The notes below the pieces were generated by a model. That model was not told the origin of the DNA, made no database searches, and was given only the letters and a program-made list of their open reading frames with translations. A DNA stretch of 64,000 bases, taken from contig JAUSEW010000029.1 of the NCBI GenBank assembly GCA_030651475.1, forward strand, positions 21,777 to 85,776. The letters run 5' to 3'. This stretch comes from Candidatus Levyibacteriota bacterium. GTDB taxonomy: Bacteria > Patescibacteriota > Microgenomatia > Levybacterales > UBA12049. This document shows, piece after piece, positions 48,369-57,243 of this stretch (position 1 is its first letter; every line of letters begins with the position of its first letter). The translations under genes and the position numbers were made by a program.

Positions 48369-49463
48369 CTACTCAAAGTAAAGTTCAGGATTTGCTATAA
48401 TATTTCTCCAATCCTCCTGTTTGCCATTGAAAAAGGCTGCCGAAGCGATCATTGCAGCGTTGTCAGTACATAACCTTTTTTCTGGACAGAAAAAAGGAAT
48501 TTTCAATTTTAAATTTTCAATTTTCAATTGGAACTCGTCACGGAGTTTTTGATTTGCTGCGACTCCGCCTCCAAGGAGAATTGATCTAACTTTATATTGT
48601 TGCGCGGCTTTAATTGTTTTGGAAACTAAGACATCAATAATTGCCTGCTGCGAAGAAGCAGAGATATCTTGAATGTATCTTTGGCTAAACTTTTCATTTT
48701 TATTTTTCAATGTTTCTCTTAAAACTGCGGTTTTAAGACCGGAAAACGAAAAGTCATAATCTTTTGAACCAATCATTGGTCTTGGAAAAGAAAATGCTTT
48801 TGGATTACCGTTTTTTGCAAATTTTTCAATTTCTGCGCCTGCAGGATAGGGAATTCCCAAAAGTCGTCCTATCTTATCAAAAGCTTCTCCCGCCGCATCA
48901 TCGCGTGTACCGCCAAGCCAGTGAATGCTGCCATGTTTTTCCATAAGGACTAAATCTGTATGTCCTCCAGATACAACGAGAGTAATTAATGGGAATTCTA
49001 TATTAGCGTTTAGCGTATAGCGTTTAGCGTTTAGTTTAGGATTTAGGATTTCGGATTTAGGATTTGCGCGAATGAAATTCGCGTAGATGTGTCCGATAAG
49101 ATGGTTAACCGGAACTATTGGTTTTTTTAAAACATAAGCAAGAGTTCTTGCGGTTTCTACTCCTACCAATAGAGATCCGATTAGTCCCGGACCAACAGTA
49201 ACGGCGATTACGTCGATCGAACCCGCGGGGTTTTGTACGTCAACCCCGCGGGTTGAACTCAATGCTTCTTTTATGACCGGAATCATATATTTCACTTGTT
49301 CACGGGCAGCAATATTGGGTATAATTCCTCCTGTTTTAGAATGAAGCGCCAACGAAGAAGCAACTACATTGGATAAAATTTTCAACTCTTTAGTTTTAAT
49401 ATTGGCATCTATAATTGCGACTCCTGTTTCATCGCAGCTTGTTTCTATACCTAAAATTTTCAT
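48369..49463 (-). CDS. tsaD: tRNA N6-adenosine threonylcarbamoyltransferase TsaD
   Basis: 364 aa; MKILGIETSCDETGVAIID, HxxGH metal site; contains repeat-encoded insertion. Confidence 0.9.
   Translation of the reverse strand: MKILGIETSCDETGVAIIDANIKTKELKILSNVVASSLALHSKTGGIIPNIAAREQVKYMIPVIKEALSSTRGVDVQNPAGSIDVIAVTVGPGLIGSLLVGVETARTLAYVLKKPIVPVNHLIGHIYANFIRANPKSEILNPKLNAKRYTLNANIEFPLITLVVSGGHTDLVLMEKHGSIHWLGGTRDDAAGEAFDKIGRLLGIPYPAGAEIEKFAKNGNPKAFSFPRPMIGSKDYDFSFSGLKTAVLRETLKNKNEKFSQRYIQDISASSQQAIIDVLVSKTIKAAQQYKVRSILLGGGVAANQKLRDEFQLKIENLKLKIPFFCPEKRLCTDNAAMIASAAFFNGKQEDWRNIIANPELYFE
49003..49065. repeat. nine tandem heptamers (TTAGCGT x4-like then AGGATTT x4-like) inside tsaD
   Basis: read directly: ttagcgt ttagcgt atagcgt ttagcgt ttagttt aggattt aggattt cggattt aggattt; 63 nt, in-frame. 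Confidence 0.9.
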
Positions 49464-49467
49464 AAGA

Positions 49468-49902
49468 TTAAGGGTTCTCTATCTTTACGAAATCTCCCTT
49501 TTTAAAGTTATACTTCTCGGATAATCCCGCATTTATTTCCAGAACCGTATCGGATAGTTTTTCAGGACGATAAATAGCAGGATTTTGGTCTTTTTGCGGA
49601 GGCTGTAAGTTTTGATAAATTGCAACGATTCTATTATTGCCAATAAAAATAATATCAATTGGAAATTTCATATCTTTCATCCAAAAAGAATAATAAGAGG
49701 CAGTACCGAATGGAAAAAGCATACCTTGGTTTTGGGGAAGATTTGAGTATTTAGCCAAACCTATTTCTTTATCCCTAGAGCTTTTGGCAATGTAAAGATT
49801 AAAGCTGTGATTATTTATTGTAATTTTTGGCGTTTTTGCCAAAGTTGAAACACCAATTAAAAAAAAGGAAAGCGCCAAAAGGAAAAAAAACCTCTTTCTC
49901 AT
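49468..49902 (-). CDS. DUF192-family protein with signal peptide
   Basis: 144 aa; MLFPF...SFWMKDMKFPIDIIF pattern typical of DUF192. Confidence 0.6.
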   Translation of the reverse strand: MRKRFFFLLALSFFLIGVSTLAKTPKITINNHSFNLYIAKSSRDKEIGLAKYSNLPQNQGMLFPFGTASYYSFWMKDMKFPIDIIFIGNNRIVAIYQNLQPPQKDQNPAIYRPEKLSDTVLEINAGLSEKYNFKKGDFVKIENP

Positions 49903-50384
49903 AAATCTTTAGAAATTAATTCTGCGAGCCGGGTTGTAGATTGATCTTTTATTATTTCCGTAACTATAACAACAATTCCATTCACTTTTTTTGCCTGTCG
50001 TTCTTTATGATGTATTGAGGAATCACCTTTCGTTATTGCAATTATAGAGGGTTTGATTCGCGTTATTATCTCATCGTATTGATCATTGGTAATTAAATCC
50101 GGCAAAAGAACTACGTAGGTCACAATTTCAAGAGCTTCCAGAAGAGATGCTCTATCTTCTTGGGTATTTATGGGGCGATTTTTTCCTTTAAGTTTTTTGA
50201 TATTAGCGTCACTTTCCAAGAGAACAAATAAAGTATCTCCCTGTTTTTTCGCGTTTTCCAGGAAAGTTAAATGTCCGATATGCAAAATATCAAAGCATCC
50301 CCCAACCAGAATAATGCTTTCGTTATTTTTCCGGATTTCTTCTGCAATGATGGCAGCTTCTTCCACTGTTAAAATCTTTTTCAT
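49899..50384 (-). CDS. cytidylyl/adenylyltransferase-fold protein (RfaE domain II / TagD / RibL-like)
   Basis: 161 aa; (H/T)xGH motif GGCFDILHIGH. Confidence 0.6.
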   Translation of the reverse strand: MKKILTVEEAAIIAEEIRKNNESIILVGGCFDILHIGHLTFLENAKKQGDTLFVLLESDANIKKLKGKNRPINTQEDRASLLEALEIVTYVVLLPDLITNDQYDEIITRIKPSIIAITKGDSSIHHKERQAKKVNGIVVIVTEIIKDQSTTRLAELISKDL

Positions 50385-50385
50385 A

Positions 50386-51801
50386 TTACTCTTTGGTTCC
50401 CCGAAGATAAATAGCCCGCCAAGCTTGAAAATTAGAAGTAAATTTATCGGATAAATATTCTTTATTATCTTTCATTACTGTTCTTGCAAAAGAAACATTT
50501 GCGCCCCAAGCGGAAAAGTCAATCTGTTTAATGGTTCCTTTAGGCAGAGTTGGATCATCTTGATAAACATCCGGCGGGGGAGGAACTTCATTTGTAACAA
50601 TAGGCTTGGTCAAAGTTACACTTCTTCCGTCAGTTGTCCCATAAAGAGAAAATGTCAGCTGTTCAATATCCGGATTGATTGAAGTTTGGATAAGAATATA
50701 TTTATCGGTATCATTTTTGAACTTAAAATCTACGTTGGGAGAGTATACTGTCGCATCAATTCCCGGAGGGCTATCTTGCTCGTAATAACCAACTCTATAT
50801 GCATGAGCATGCCTTTCTATTATCGGAAGTCCTGCATTGAGAACTGCTCTAAAAAGCGTTGTGGAAACCTGACATACTCCTCCTCCGTCTCCAAGCACTG
50901 TTCTTCCGTTTTCTATAACATACGCCTGCTGATATCCTGTAAATGCGGATACGTCTCCCAAAGCTTTATTGAAAGAAAATACCTCGTTTGGCGCTACCAA
51001 AATTCCATTCAGTCTGGTTGCCGCCAAAGTTACGTTATAAACTCTATTTACTATAGAATGCTGGAAAAGAGAATTTCCTTCCCCAATGAGCTCTTTAATT
51101 CCAAGGTTATTAATCTTATCTATTGTGATTTTTGGTTTTAGTATTTTAACAGGAATAGAAATAATTAAGCTTTTAATTTTCCCTGTTGCTACGAGCTGGA
51201 TGTTGGAATTAAGTTCACTTTTTATAGCGTCAATATCTATTTCCTGGCCATCGGAGGAAGGAGTAAAAACAGACACTTTGCCATTTTGCAGATTAAATAC
51301 TGCGTCAACAGGCGCTACATACATTTTATTGGCAATTGGCGTTAATAAGCTTTGCAGTCTTTCTTCCGAGTAATGATAAGAAGTCTTAAGATTTATCTCG
51401 TTAAGGTAAGCACTTAGAATTAGATTTATGTTTGAGAGTATTCCTTCGGAGCGCCCTAAACTAATTGCCTGTTTTGCGATAAGATTTTCGTCAAATCCGT
51501 AATTAATATCTTTAGCATAAATTGTGATAGTCTCGTCATTGCTTAAGAAAACAAATTTCGTATTGCCAAATGCGTCATTTTTTTTAGAAAAATAATCTTT
51601 TATTTGCTGTTCGGTTTTTCCGCCCAAAGTTATCTTGTCGGCTGTGATACCGGGATAAACTACGTTGGCATTTATTTTCTCAAAAATAATAAGAGCAAAA
51701 CTCGCCAATAAAAAAATGCCCAAAGACGCGCCAATGATAACCCATAGAGTTTCTTTGGCAATTTTAGCCAATTTATGTTTCTTAGTATGCAAGATTTTCA
51801 T
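50386..51801 (-). CDS. VanW-family protein with N-terminal TM anchor
   Basis: 471 aa; VanW core LGDGGGVCQVSTTLFRA. Confidence 0.7.
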   Translation of the reverse strand: MKILHTKKHKLAKIAKETLWVIIGASLGIFLLASFALIIFEKINANVVYPGITADKITLGGKTEQQIKDYFSKKNDAFGNTKFVFLSNDETITIYAKDINYGFDENLIAKQAISLGRSEGILSNINLILSAYLNEINLKTSYHYSEERLQSLLTPIANKMYVAPVDAVFNLQNGKVSVFTPSSDGQEIDIDAIKSELNSNIQLVATGKIKSLIISIPVKILKPKITIDKINNLGIKELIGEGNSLFQHSIVNRVYNVTLAATRLNGILVAPNEVFSFNKALGDVSAFTGYQQAYVIENGRTVLGDGGGVCQVSTTLFRAVLNAGLPIIERHAHAYRVGYYEQDSPPGIDATVYSPNVDFKFKNDTDKYILIQTSINPDIEQLTFSLYGTTDGRSVTLTKPIVTNEVPPPPDVYQDDPTLPKGTIKQIDFSAWGANVSFARTVMKDNKEYLSDKFTSNFQAWRAIYLRGTKE

Positions 51802-51841
51802 TTGATATGGGGCATATGTGGTATTATACTAAATATAGCAT

Positions 51842-53242
51842 ATGGATGAGAATACGATTTTTCAAAACCCTAAGGTATTTGTGCCCTCCCAGCAAGAAGT
51901 TCCTTCTCCCTTGCCTGAATCGGAATTACCTCAAGATATGCAAGCGCAAAGCCCCAATAGGAATATTTTAAAATTTATTATAGCGTTAATTACTGTTGCT
52001 GTCTTAGTTTTTCTTTTTGTTAAGATGGTGATTCCCGGTTTGCAGAAACCAAAAGAAACTCAAGTTACGCTGTCGTACTGGGGTTTATGGGAAAGTCCTT
52101 CGGTAATGCAGTCGGTAATAACAAAGTTTGAAAAAGAGAACCCAAATATTAAAATTAGCTACGCAGTCCAGGATGTAAAACAGTATAGAGAAAGACTTGG
52201 TACCAGAATTAAAAACGGTACGGGACCTGATATTTTCAGTTTTCATAATACATGGCTACCAATGTTGTCTTCGGATCTTTTGCCTTTGCCAAAAGAAACA
52301 CTTACCAAAGAGGACTTTACGAAGTGGTTTTATCCTGTCGCAGGAAACGATTTAATTAAAAATGGGGCAATATATGGAATTCCGGTTGGAATAGATACTC
52401 TTTCTCTTTATGTCAACACGACACTTTTCGAGGGAGCTAATCTTCAGCCGCCGACCACCTGGGTTGATTTTGCCAATTATGCAAAAAGACTTACGATTAA
52501 AGATGCCGGTAATAAAATAACAACTTCAGGAGCCGCTTTGGGAACGTTCAATAACATTACTCATGCTCCGGATATAGTTTCTTTGCTTTTCGCTCAGAAC
52601 GGAGTAAATTTGTATGATATTCCTAAAACCTCTCAAGCCGCAAGCGAAGCGTTAATTTTCTATACAGCATTTGCAATGGGGAATAGTAATATTTGGGATA
52701 GCACTTTGGATCAATCAATGTTAGCTTTTGCGAAAGGAAATCTGGCTATGTATTTTGGTTACTCTTGGGACTTTTTTGCGATAAAAGCCATAAATCCCAA
52801 TCTTGCGTTTGCTATCTATCCTGTGCCTCATCTTGGCAGTCAAAATATGACAATCGCAAGTTATTGGGCAAATGGCGTTTCCGTAAAGAGCAGTCACCAG
52901 AAAGAAGCGCTTTTATTTATTAAATTTTTAGCCAAAAAAGAAACTGAAGAAAAACTTTTTACGGAAGAATCAAAAACCAGATTTTTTGGACAACCTTACG
53001 CGAGAACGGATTTAGCGGATTCTTTGAAAACTAATACTTTTGTATATCCTTTTATCTTACAGGCAAAAGATGCGGTTTCTTCGTTTTTCGTAGACAGCAC
53101 GTATGATAATGGTTTAAATTCCAAAATGAATGCTTATCTTGGCAAGGCAGTAGAGTCTGTTTTGGGAAATACGTCTCCTCAAACTGCGGTAGATGCTCTT
53201 TCGCAAGGAGTAACGCAAGTTCTCAAACAGTACGGCCAGTGA
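51842..53242 (+). CDS. extracellular solute-binding protein (sugar-type ABC transporter substrate-binding family) with N-terminal TM anchor
   Basis: 466 aa; size, TM anchor and SBP family-1-like pattern. Confidence 0.5.
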   Translation: MDENTIFQNPKVFVPSQQEVPSPLPESELPQDMQAQSPNRNILKFIIALITVAVLVFLFVKMVIPGLQKPKETQVTLSYWGLWESPSVMQSVITKFEKENPNIKISYAVQDVKQYRERLGTRIKNGTGPDIFSFHNTWLPMLSSDLLPLPKETLTKEDFTKWFYPVAGNDLIKNGAIYGIPVGIDTLSLYVNTTLFEGANLQPPTTWVDFANYAKRLTIKDAGNKITTSGAALGTFNNITHAPDIVSLLFAQNGVNLYDIPKTSQAASEALIFYTAFAMGNSNIWDSTLDQSMLAFAKGNLAMYFGYSWDFFAIKAINPNLAFAIYPVPHLGSQNMTIASYWANGVSVKSSHQKEALLFIKFLAKKETEEKLFTEESKTRFFGQPYARTDLADSLKTNTFVYPFILQAKDAVSSFFVDSTYDNGLNSKMNAYLGKAVESVLGNTSPQTAVDALSQGVTQVLKQYGQ

Positions 53243-53273
53243 AACGCCTCACCAATAATAGTATAATGCCCTC

Positions 53274-54155
53274 ATGCAAAAAAGTATAAAAAAGGCAGTT
53301 TTACGGACTCTTATTTATAGTGATATTTTCGACTATCCTCTTTCAAAAGAAGAGATTTGGAGATTTTTGATTGGGCAAAAAATTGGCAGGGAATCTTTTA
53401 AAAAAGAGTTAAAGAGTTTGGCTAAATCTGAATCTACGCCCTTGGGGTGTAGCTATAAAAATAATTTCCATTATCTTTTGGGTCGGGAAAAAATTGTAGA
53501 AAAAAGAATCGAAAGAGAAAAAATAAGCAGAAGAAAACTTAAAATTGCGAGAAAAGCAGCGAGATGGCTTTCGTATATTCCCACCACGCTTTTTGTAGGA
53601 GTAAGCGGAGCATTGGCGTTAAAAAATTCCCATAAAGATGATGACATAGATTTATTTATTGTCACTTCCAAAAACACCCTTTGGTTTACGAGATTATTGA
53701 TGGTTATCTTGCTTATGTTGATCGGACAGTACAGGAAGCGCAATGCAAAAGATGTTTGTGATAAAATTTGTTTGAATATGTTAATTGACGAAACGTCCTT
53801 GCAATTGCCGTTGAAACAGCAGGATTTATACGGCGCGCATGAAGTTATTCAACTAATGCCAATTTCTGTCAAAAACAATATGCATCACAGATTTTTGCAA
53901 GCAAATAAATGGACGGAAAAGTTTCTGCCAAACGCAATAGAAAGAACCAAAAGCGGGCAAAAAAAATCATTATTCTTAATTCATAATTCATTATTCATTT
54001 TAGAGTGGTTAGCAAAACAACTTCAACTTTGGTTTATTAATAAACATAAAACAATAGAAGTGGTTTCCGATAATTTTCTTGCTTTTCACCCCTTAAATTA
54101 CAGGAGAAAGATCCTTAATTTATATAATCAAAAAATAAAAAAATATGGAATTTAA
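53274..54155 (+). CDS. hypothetical protein with nucleotidyltransferase-fold motif
   Basis: 293 aa; GVSGALALKNSHKDDDIDLFIV fits GS-x9-13-DxD of Pol-beta-type nucleotidyltransferases. Confidence 0.4.
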   Translation: MQKSIKKAVLRTLIYSDIFDYPLSKEEIWRFLIGQKIGRESFKKELKSLAKSESTPLGCSYKNNFHYLLGREKIVEKRIEREKISRRKLKIARKAARWLSYIPTTLFVGVSGALALKNSHKDDDIDLFIVTSKNTLWFTRLLMVILLMLIGQYRKRNAKDVCDKICLNMLIDETSLQLPLKQQDLYGAHEVIQLMPISVKNNMHHRFLQANKWTEKFLPNAIERTKSGQKKSLFLIHNSLFILEWLAKQLQLWFINKHKTIEVVSDNFLAFHPLNYRRKILNLYNQKIKKYGI

Positions 54156-55155
54156 TTTAGTAGCTTGCGGGGGAACGTTTGACCATTTTCATAAAGGACA
54201 TAGGGAATTATTGAAGTTAGCTTTTTCTTTAGGTAAAAAAGTGATTGTTGGAGTAACAAGCGATAATTATCTCAAGGGTTCAAAATTCAAAATTCAACAT
54301 TCAAAGTTTGTAGAATCTTACGAAAAAAGAAAAGAGGAGGTTTTAGGTTTTATAAAAGAGGAGAAGGTCTTAGATAGGGTAGGGATAGTGGAAATAAATG
54401 ATTTGTTTGGACCTACGTTGTCCTATGATTTAGCAATAGACGCGATTGTCGTATCGGAGAGTACCAAAGAGGGTGCAAGAACTATAAATAAATATCGTAC
54501 GGATAAAGGATTACCCCGGCTAGAAATGTTCATCTTGCCAATGGTTTTGGCGAAAGACGGAGGGGAAATATCTTCTTTTAGGATAAGAAACGGAGAAATA
54601 GATAGGGAAGGGAGACCCTACATTAATCCTTTATGGCTTAAGCATAAGTTACTTTTAACGGAAGCAATAAAAAGAAGATTGGAAAAACCATTTGGCGTTA
54701 TCATAAAAGACCTTAAAGAATTACCTAGCCAAAATATTCAGTTTGTCATAACGGTCGGAGATGTTACTACGAAGAAGTTCAACGATTTGTATTTAAAACA
54801 GAATATCGCGGTTGTAGATTTTAAGGTGGGCAGAAAAATTATGTTTTCCAGAATCGAAGAGTTGGGATTTTCAGGGATAGAAATAGTAGTTAAAATTAAT
54901 AATCTGGCAGGCTGTCTTACTCCGGACATTTTTAAAGGAGTGCGGAATGCATTGAAGCAGGGATTGGAAAATAGGATAATTATTAAGATAGAAGGAGAGG
55001 AAGATTTGTCAGTATTGCCTTTGGTTTTAGCTTCGCCTCTTAACTGCGTTGTTTTCTATGGACAGCCGAATGAAGGAATAGTGCGCGTAGTGGTTTCGGA
55101 GGAAATTAAGAAAATTGCTTATGGGTTAGTTGATGGGTTTGAGATGCTGAAATAA
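54145..55155 (+). CDS. archaeal-type phosphopantetheine adenylyltransferase fused to putative DUF359 (GTP-dependent dephospho-CoA kinase-like) domain
   Basis: N-terminal domain GGTFDHFHKGH ... SSFRIRNGEID matches archaeal PPAT; C-terminal half has VGDVTT, VDFKVGR and GEEDL motifs. Confidence 0.55.
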   Translation: MEFNLVACGGTFDHFHKGHRELLKLAFSLGKKVIVGVTSDNYLKGSKFKIQHSKFVESYEKRKEEVLGFIKEEKVLDRVGIVEINDLFGPTLSYDLAIDAIVVSESTKEGARTINKYRTDKGLPRLEMFILPMVLAKDGGEISSFRIRNGEIDREGRPYINPLWLKHKLLLTEAIKRRLEKPFGVIIKDLKELPSQNIQFVITVGDVTTKKFNDLYLKQNIAVVDFKVGRKIMFSRIEELGFSGIEIVVKINNLAGCLTPDIFKGVRNALKQGLENRIIIKIEGEEDLSVLPLVLASPLNCVVFYGQPNEGIVRVVVSEEIKKIAYGLVDGFEMLK

Positions 55156-55195
55156 ATTCAGCATGATATTGAGAAAGAGCTAGTACTAGAGGTTA

Positions 55196-55224
55196 TTGAC
55201 AAGCAGTCTGTTTTAGGATATATT
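55196..55224 (+). promoter_or_regulatory. sigma70-like promoter for greA (TTGACA-17 bp-TATATT)
   Basis: read directly. Confidence 0.5.
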
Positions 55225-55235
55225 TGCGTTGTAAT

Positions 55236-55270
55236 ATCCCTCAAAATTAAACGCGGAGGGATTTTGTTTT
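55236..55270 (+). terminator. intrinsic-terminator-like hairpin (ATCCCTC...GAGGGAT + TTTGTTTT) in greA leader
   Basis: 7-bp perfect stem, 13-nt loop, U-tract, 12 nt before greA ATG. Confidence 0.45.
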
Positions 55271-55282
55271 AATAAGGAATAT

Positions 55283-55753
55283 ATGGATAGTAAGAAAACA
55301 TATTTAACAAAAGAAGGATTAGGCGAACTTAAAAAAGAGTGCGAGGATCTTATTAACGTAAAAAGACCGGATGTTCTTTCCAGAGTTTCTCAAGCAAGAA
55401 ATATGGGAGACTTGTCTGAAAACGCAGAGTATACGGCAGCAAGAGAAGAACTGACGTTGATAGACACCAGAATTGACGAACTGGAAGAGCTTTTGAAACA
55501 AGTAATTTTGATAAACGAACGGGGCCAAAATGGCCATAGTATCGTTAAATTGGGTTCAAAGGTAACGGTTGAGGTAAAAGGCAAAAAAGAGGAATTTGCC
55601 GTAGTTGGAGAAATGGAAGCAAACCCTGAAGAAAAGAAAATTTCCCATAAATCTCCTATAGGCAGCGCGCTTCTTGGTAAAAAGGTTGGAGAAAAAGTCG
55701 AAGTAGAAGCCCCGGCAGGGAAAATAACCTACGCCATAGTATCGATTAATTAA
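55283..55753 (+). CDS. greA: transcription elongation factor GreA
   Basis: 156 aa; coiled-coil N-domain and FKBP-like C-domain pattern. Confidence 0.9.
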   Translation: MDSKKTYLTKEGLGELKKECEDLINVKRPDVLSRVSQARNMGDLSENAEYTAAREELTLIDTRIDELEELLKQVILINERGQNGHSIVKLGSKVTVEVKGKKEEFAVVGEMEANPEEKKISHKSPIGSALLGKKVGEKVEVEAPAGKITYAIVSIN

Positions 55754-55768
55754 GGCTATTTAAGATAA

Positions 55769-56446
55769 TTGTCAATGGATGATCCTACGGTTGAAAAAGA
55801 AATGTTGAATCAAGTAATCGTTGAATCAGTAACAAAGATTCCCTTAGGTGGAAAAGAAGAATTTCTAACCGAAGTAATAGATGTTGAAAAAAGTGCTTGG
55901 CGTCCCGAGCTTCAGGCTTCAAAGAAAAAATTCGTTTCTAGATTAGAGATATTTCCTCAAGGTTTTATAGTTGCAAAAGTAGAAGGTAGAATAAAGGGAG
56001 TTACTACTTCCCAAATTACCACATATGATCCGTTAGAGAAAAAAACATGGAATGAGATTACAGATAACGGTATGATCAAAAGAACTCATAATCCCGCTGG
56101 AAATGCATTATACGTTGTGTCAGTTGCGGTAGCAGCGGACGCTCAAGGAATGGGTGTAGGAAGTAAATTAGTAGAAGAGCAAAAAAAAATAGCTAGGCAA
56201 TTAGGACTTAAGTTAGTCTTTCTAGGGGCTAGAATTCCAGGATACAATAAGTATTGCGAACAAAACGGAGAAATTTCCGTAGAAGAATATTTAGCGCTCA
56301 AGAATCAGAACGGCGAGTCAGTTGATCCCGAAATTAGATTTTATGAAAGACAAGGATTACGTGCCTCTAAAATTATTCCGGAATTTGAGCCAGATATCGA
56401 TAGCAGAAACTACGGAGTCGTGGTAGCTTGGGAGAATACGGATTAG
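55769..56446 (+). CDS. GNAT-family N-acyltransferase (paralog 1)
   Basis: 225 aa; motif A AQGMGVGSKL, motif B-like EIRFYERQG. Confidence 0.5.
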   Translation: MSMDDPTVEKEMLNQVIVESVTKIPLGGKEEFLTEVIDVEKSAWRPELQASKKKFVSRLEIFPQGFIVAKVEGRIKGVTTSQITTYDPLEKKTWNEITDNGMIKRTHNPAGNALYVVSVAVAADAQGMGVGSKLVEEQKKIARQLGLKLVFLGARIPGYNKYCEQNGEISVEEYLALKNQNGESVDPEIRFYERQGLRASKIIPEFEPDIDSRNYGVVVAWENTD

Positions 56447-56473
56447 GCTAAAAACCCGCACACAATATACAGG

Positions 56474-57127
56474 CTAAACCGTGAAGAGAGATTTTAAGAT
56501 AGAGAAAGCTTTATTGATATCTTCATCTTGAAAAACTAATGTTAATTCGCGACTCGTCGAAACAATTTCTATTATATTGACGTTTTCCCAGACTAGCGAC
56601 TTTAGAAATGAGTAGATTACGCCTGGTGATCTTGCAGCCTCCTCAGGTAAGTAAATAGTAATAGAAGACAAATTGTCAATGTCGGAAATAATAGTTTCTT
56701 TTTGAAGATAGAGAAGTATTTCTTTTTTTAAACTATCACTTATAATCATCGTCGTTTCAGAAAGCCCTTCGGTTAATGTAAGAAAATGTCGTTTTTTTAT
56801 AGGGTGCACTTGAAAGAAGGTAGAGCAGGATTCATAAAGAGTGTCAGAATTAACCAGAGTTACAAGGGATAGGCGAGAACGGATAGCGATTTCAGGTTGG
56901 GTTTTAAATATATTTTTATAATTGATATTGGGCTTAATCCTATTTTTCAATCTATTGATAGCCATGATTATAGAACTCTGACTCGTTTTTTTTATCAACA
57001 TTTTTTCAATTTCTGGTTTTATATATTTTGCAAGAGCAGAGCTATTTATAATTCCCTTAGCAAAGGCTTCAGTTAAGTAACGAGACCTTTTTATTATTGT
57101 TTCTGTTACCTGAGGTACAGTAACCAT
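56474..57127 (-). CDS. hypothetical protein, possible ACT-like regulatory domains
   Basis: 217 aa; C-terminal beta-alpha-beta-beta-alpha pattern; weak. Confidence 0.25.
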   Translation of the reverse strand: MVTVPQVTETIIKRSRYLTEAFAKGIINSSALAKYIKPEIEKMLIKKTSQSSIIMAINRLKNRIKPNINYKNIFKTQPEIAIRSRLSLVTLVNSDTLYESCSTFFQVHPIKKRHFLTLTEGLSETTMIISDSLKKEILLYLQKETIISDIDNLSSITIYLPEEAARSPGVIYSFLKSLVWENVNIIEIVSTSRELTLVFQDEDINKAFSILKSLFTV

Positions 57128-57243
57128 ATGTTAAAATTTTAACATAATGTATGGGATTTGTCAATAATTTATCAAAATTTGACATCGTTACTAATAAATA
57201 ATATAGTGTTTTTTATGTTCCCCAAGAACAGTTAATTAAAATT

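Noticed and set aside
49003-49065. Tandem repeats inside tsaD as a possible CRISPR array
   Set aside because: Units are 7 bp with no spacers and lie inside a coding sequence. This is a microsatellite-like array, not CRISPR.
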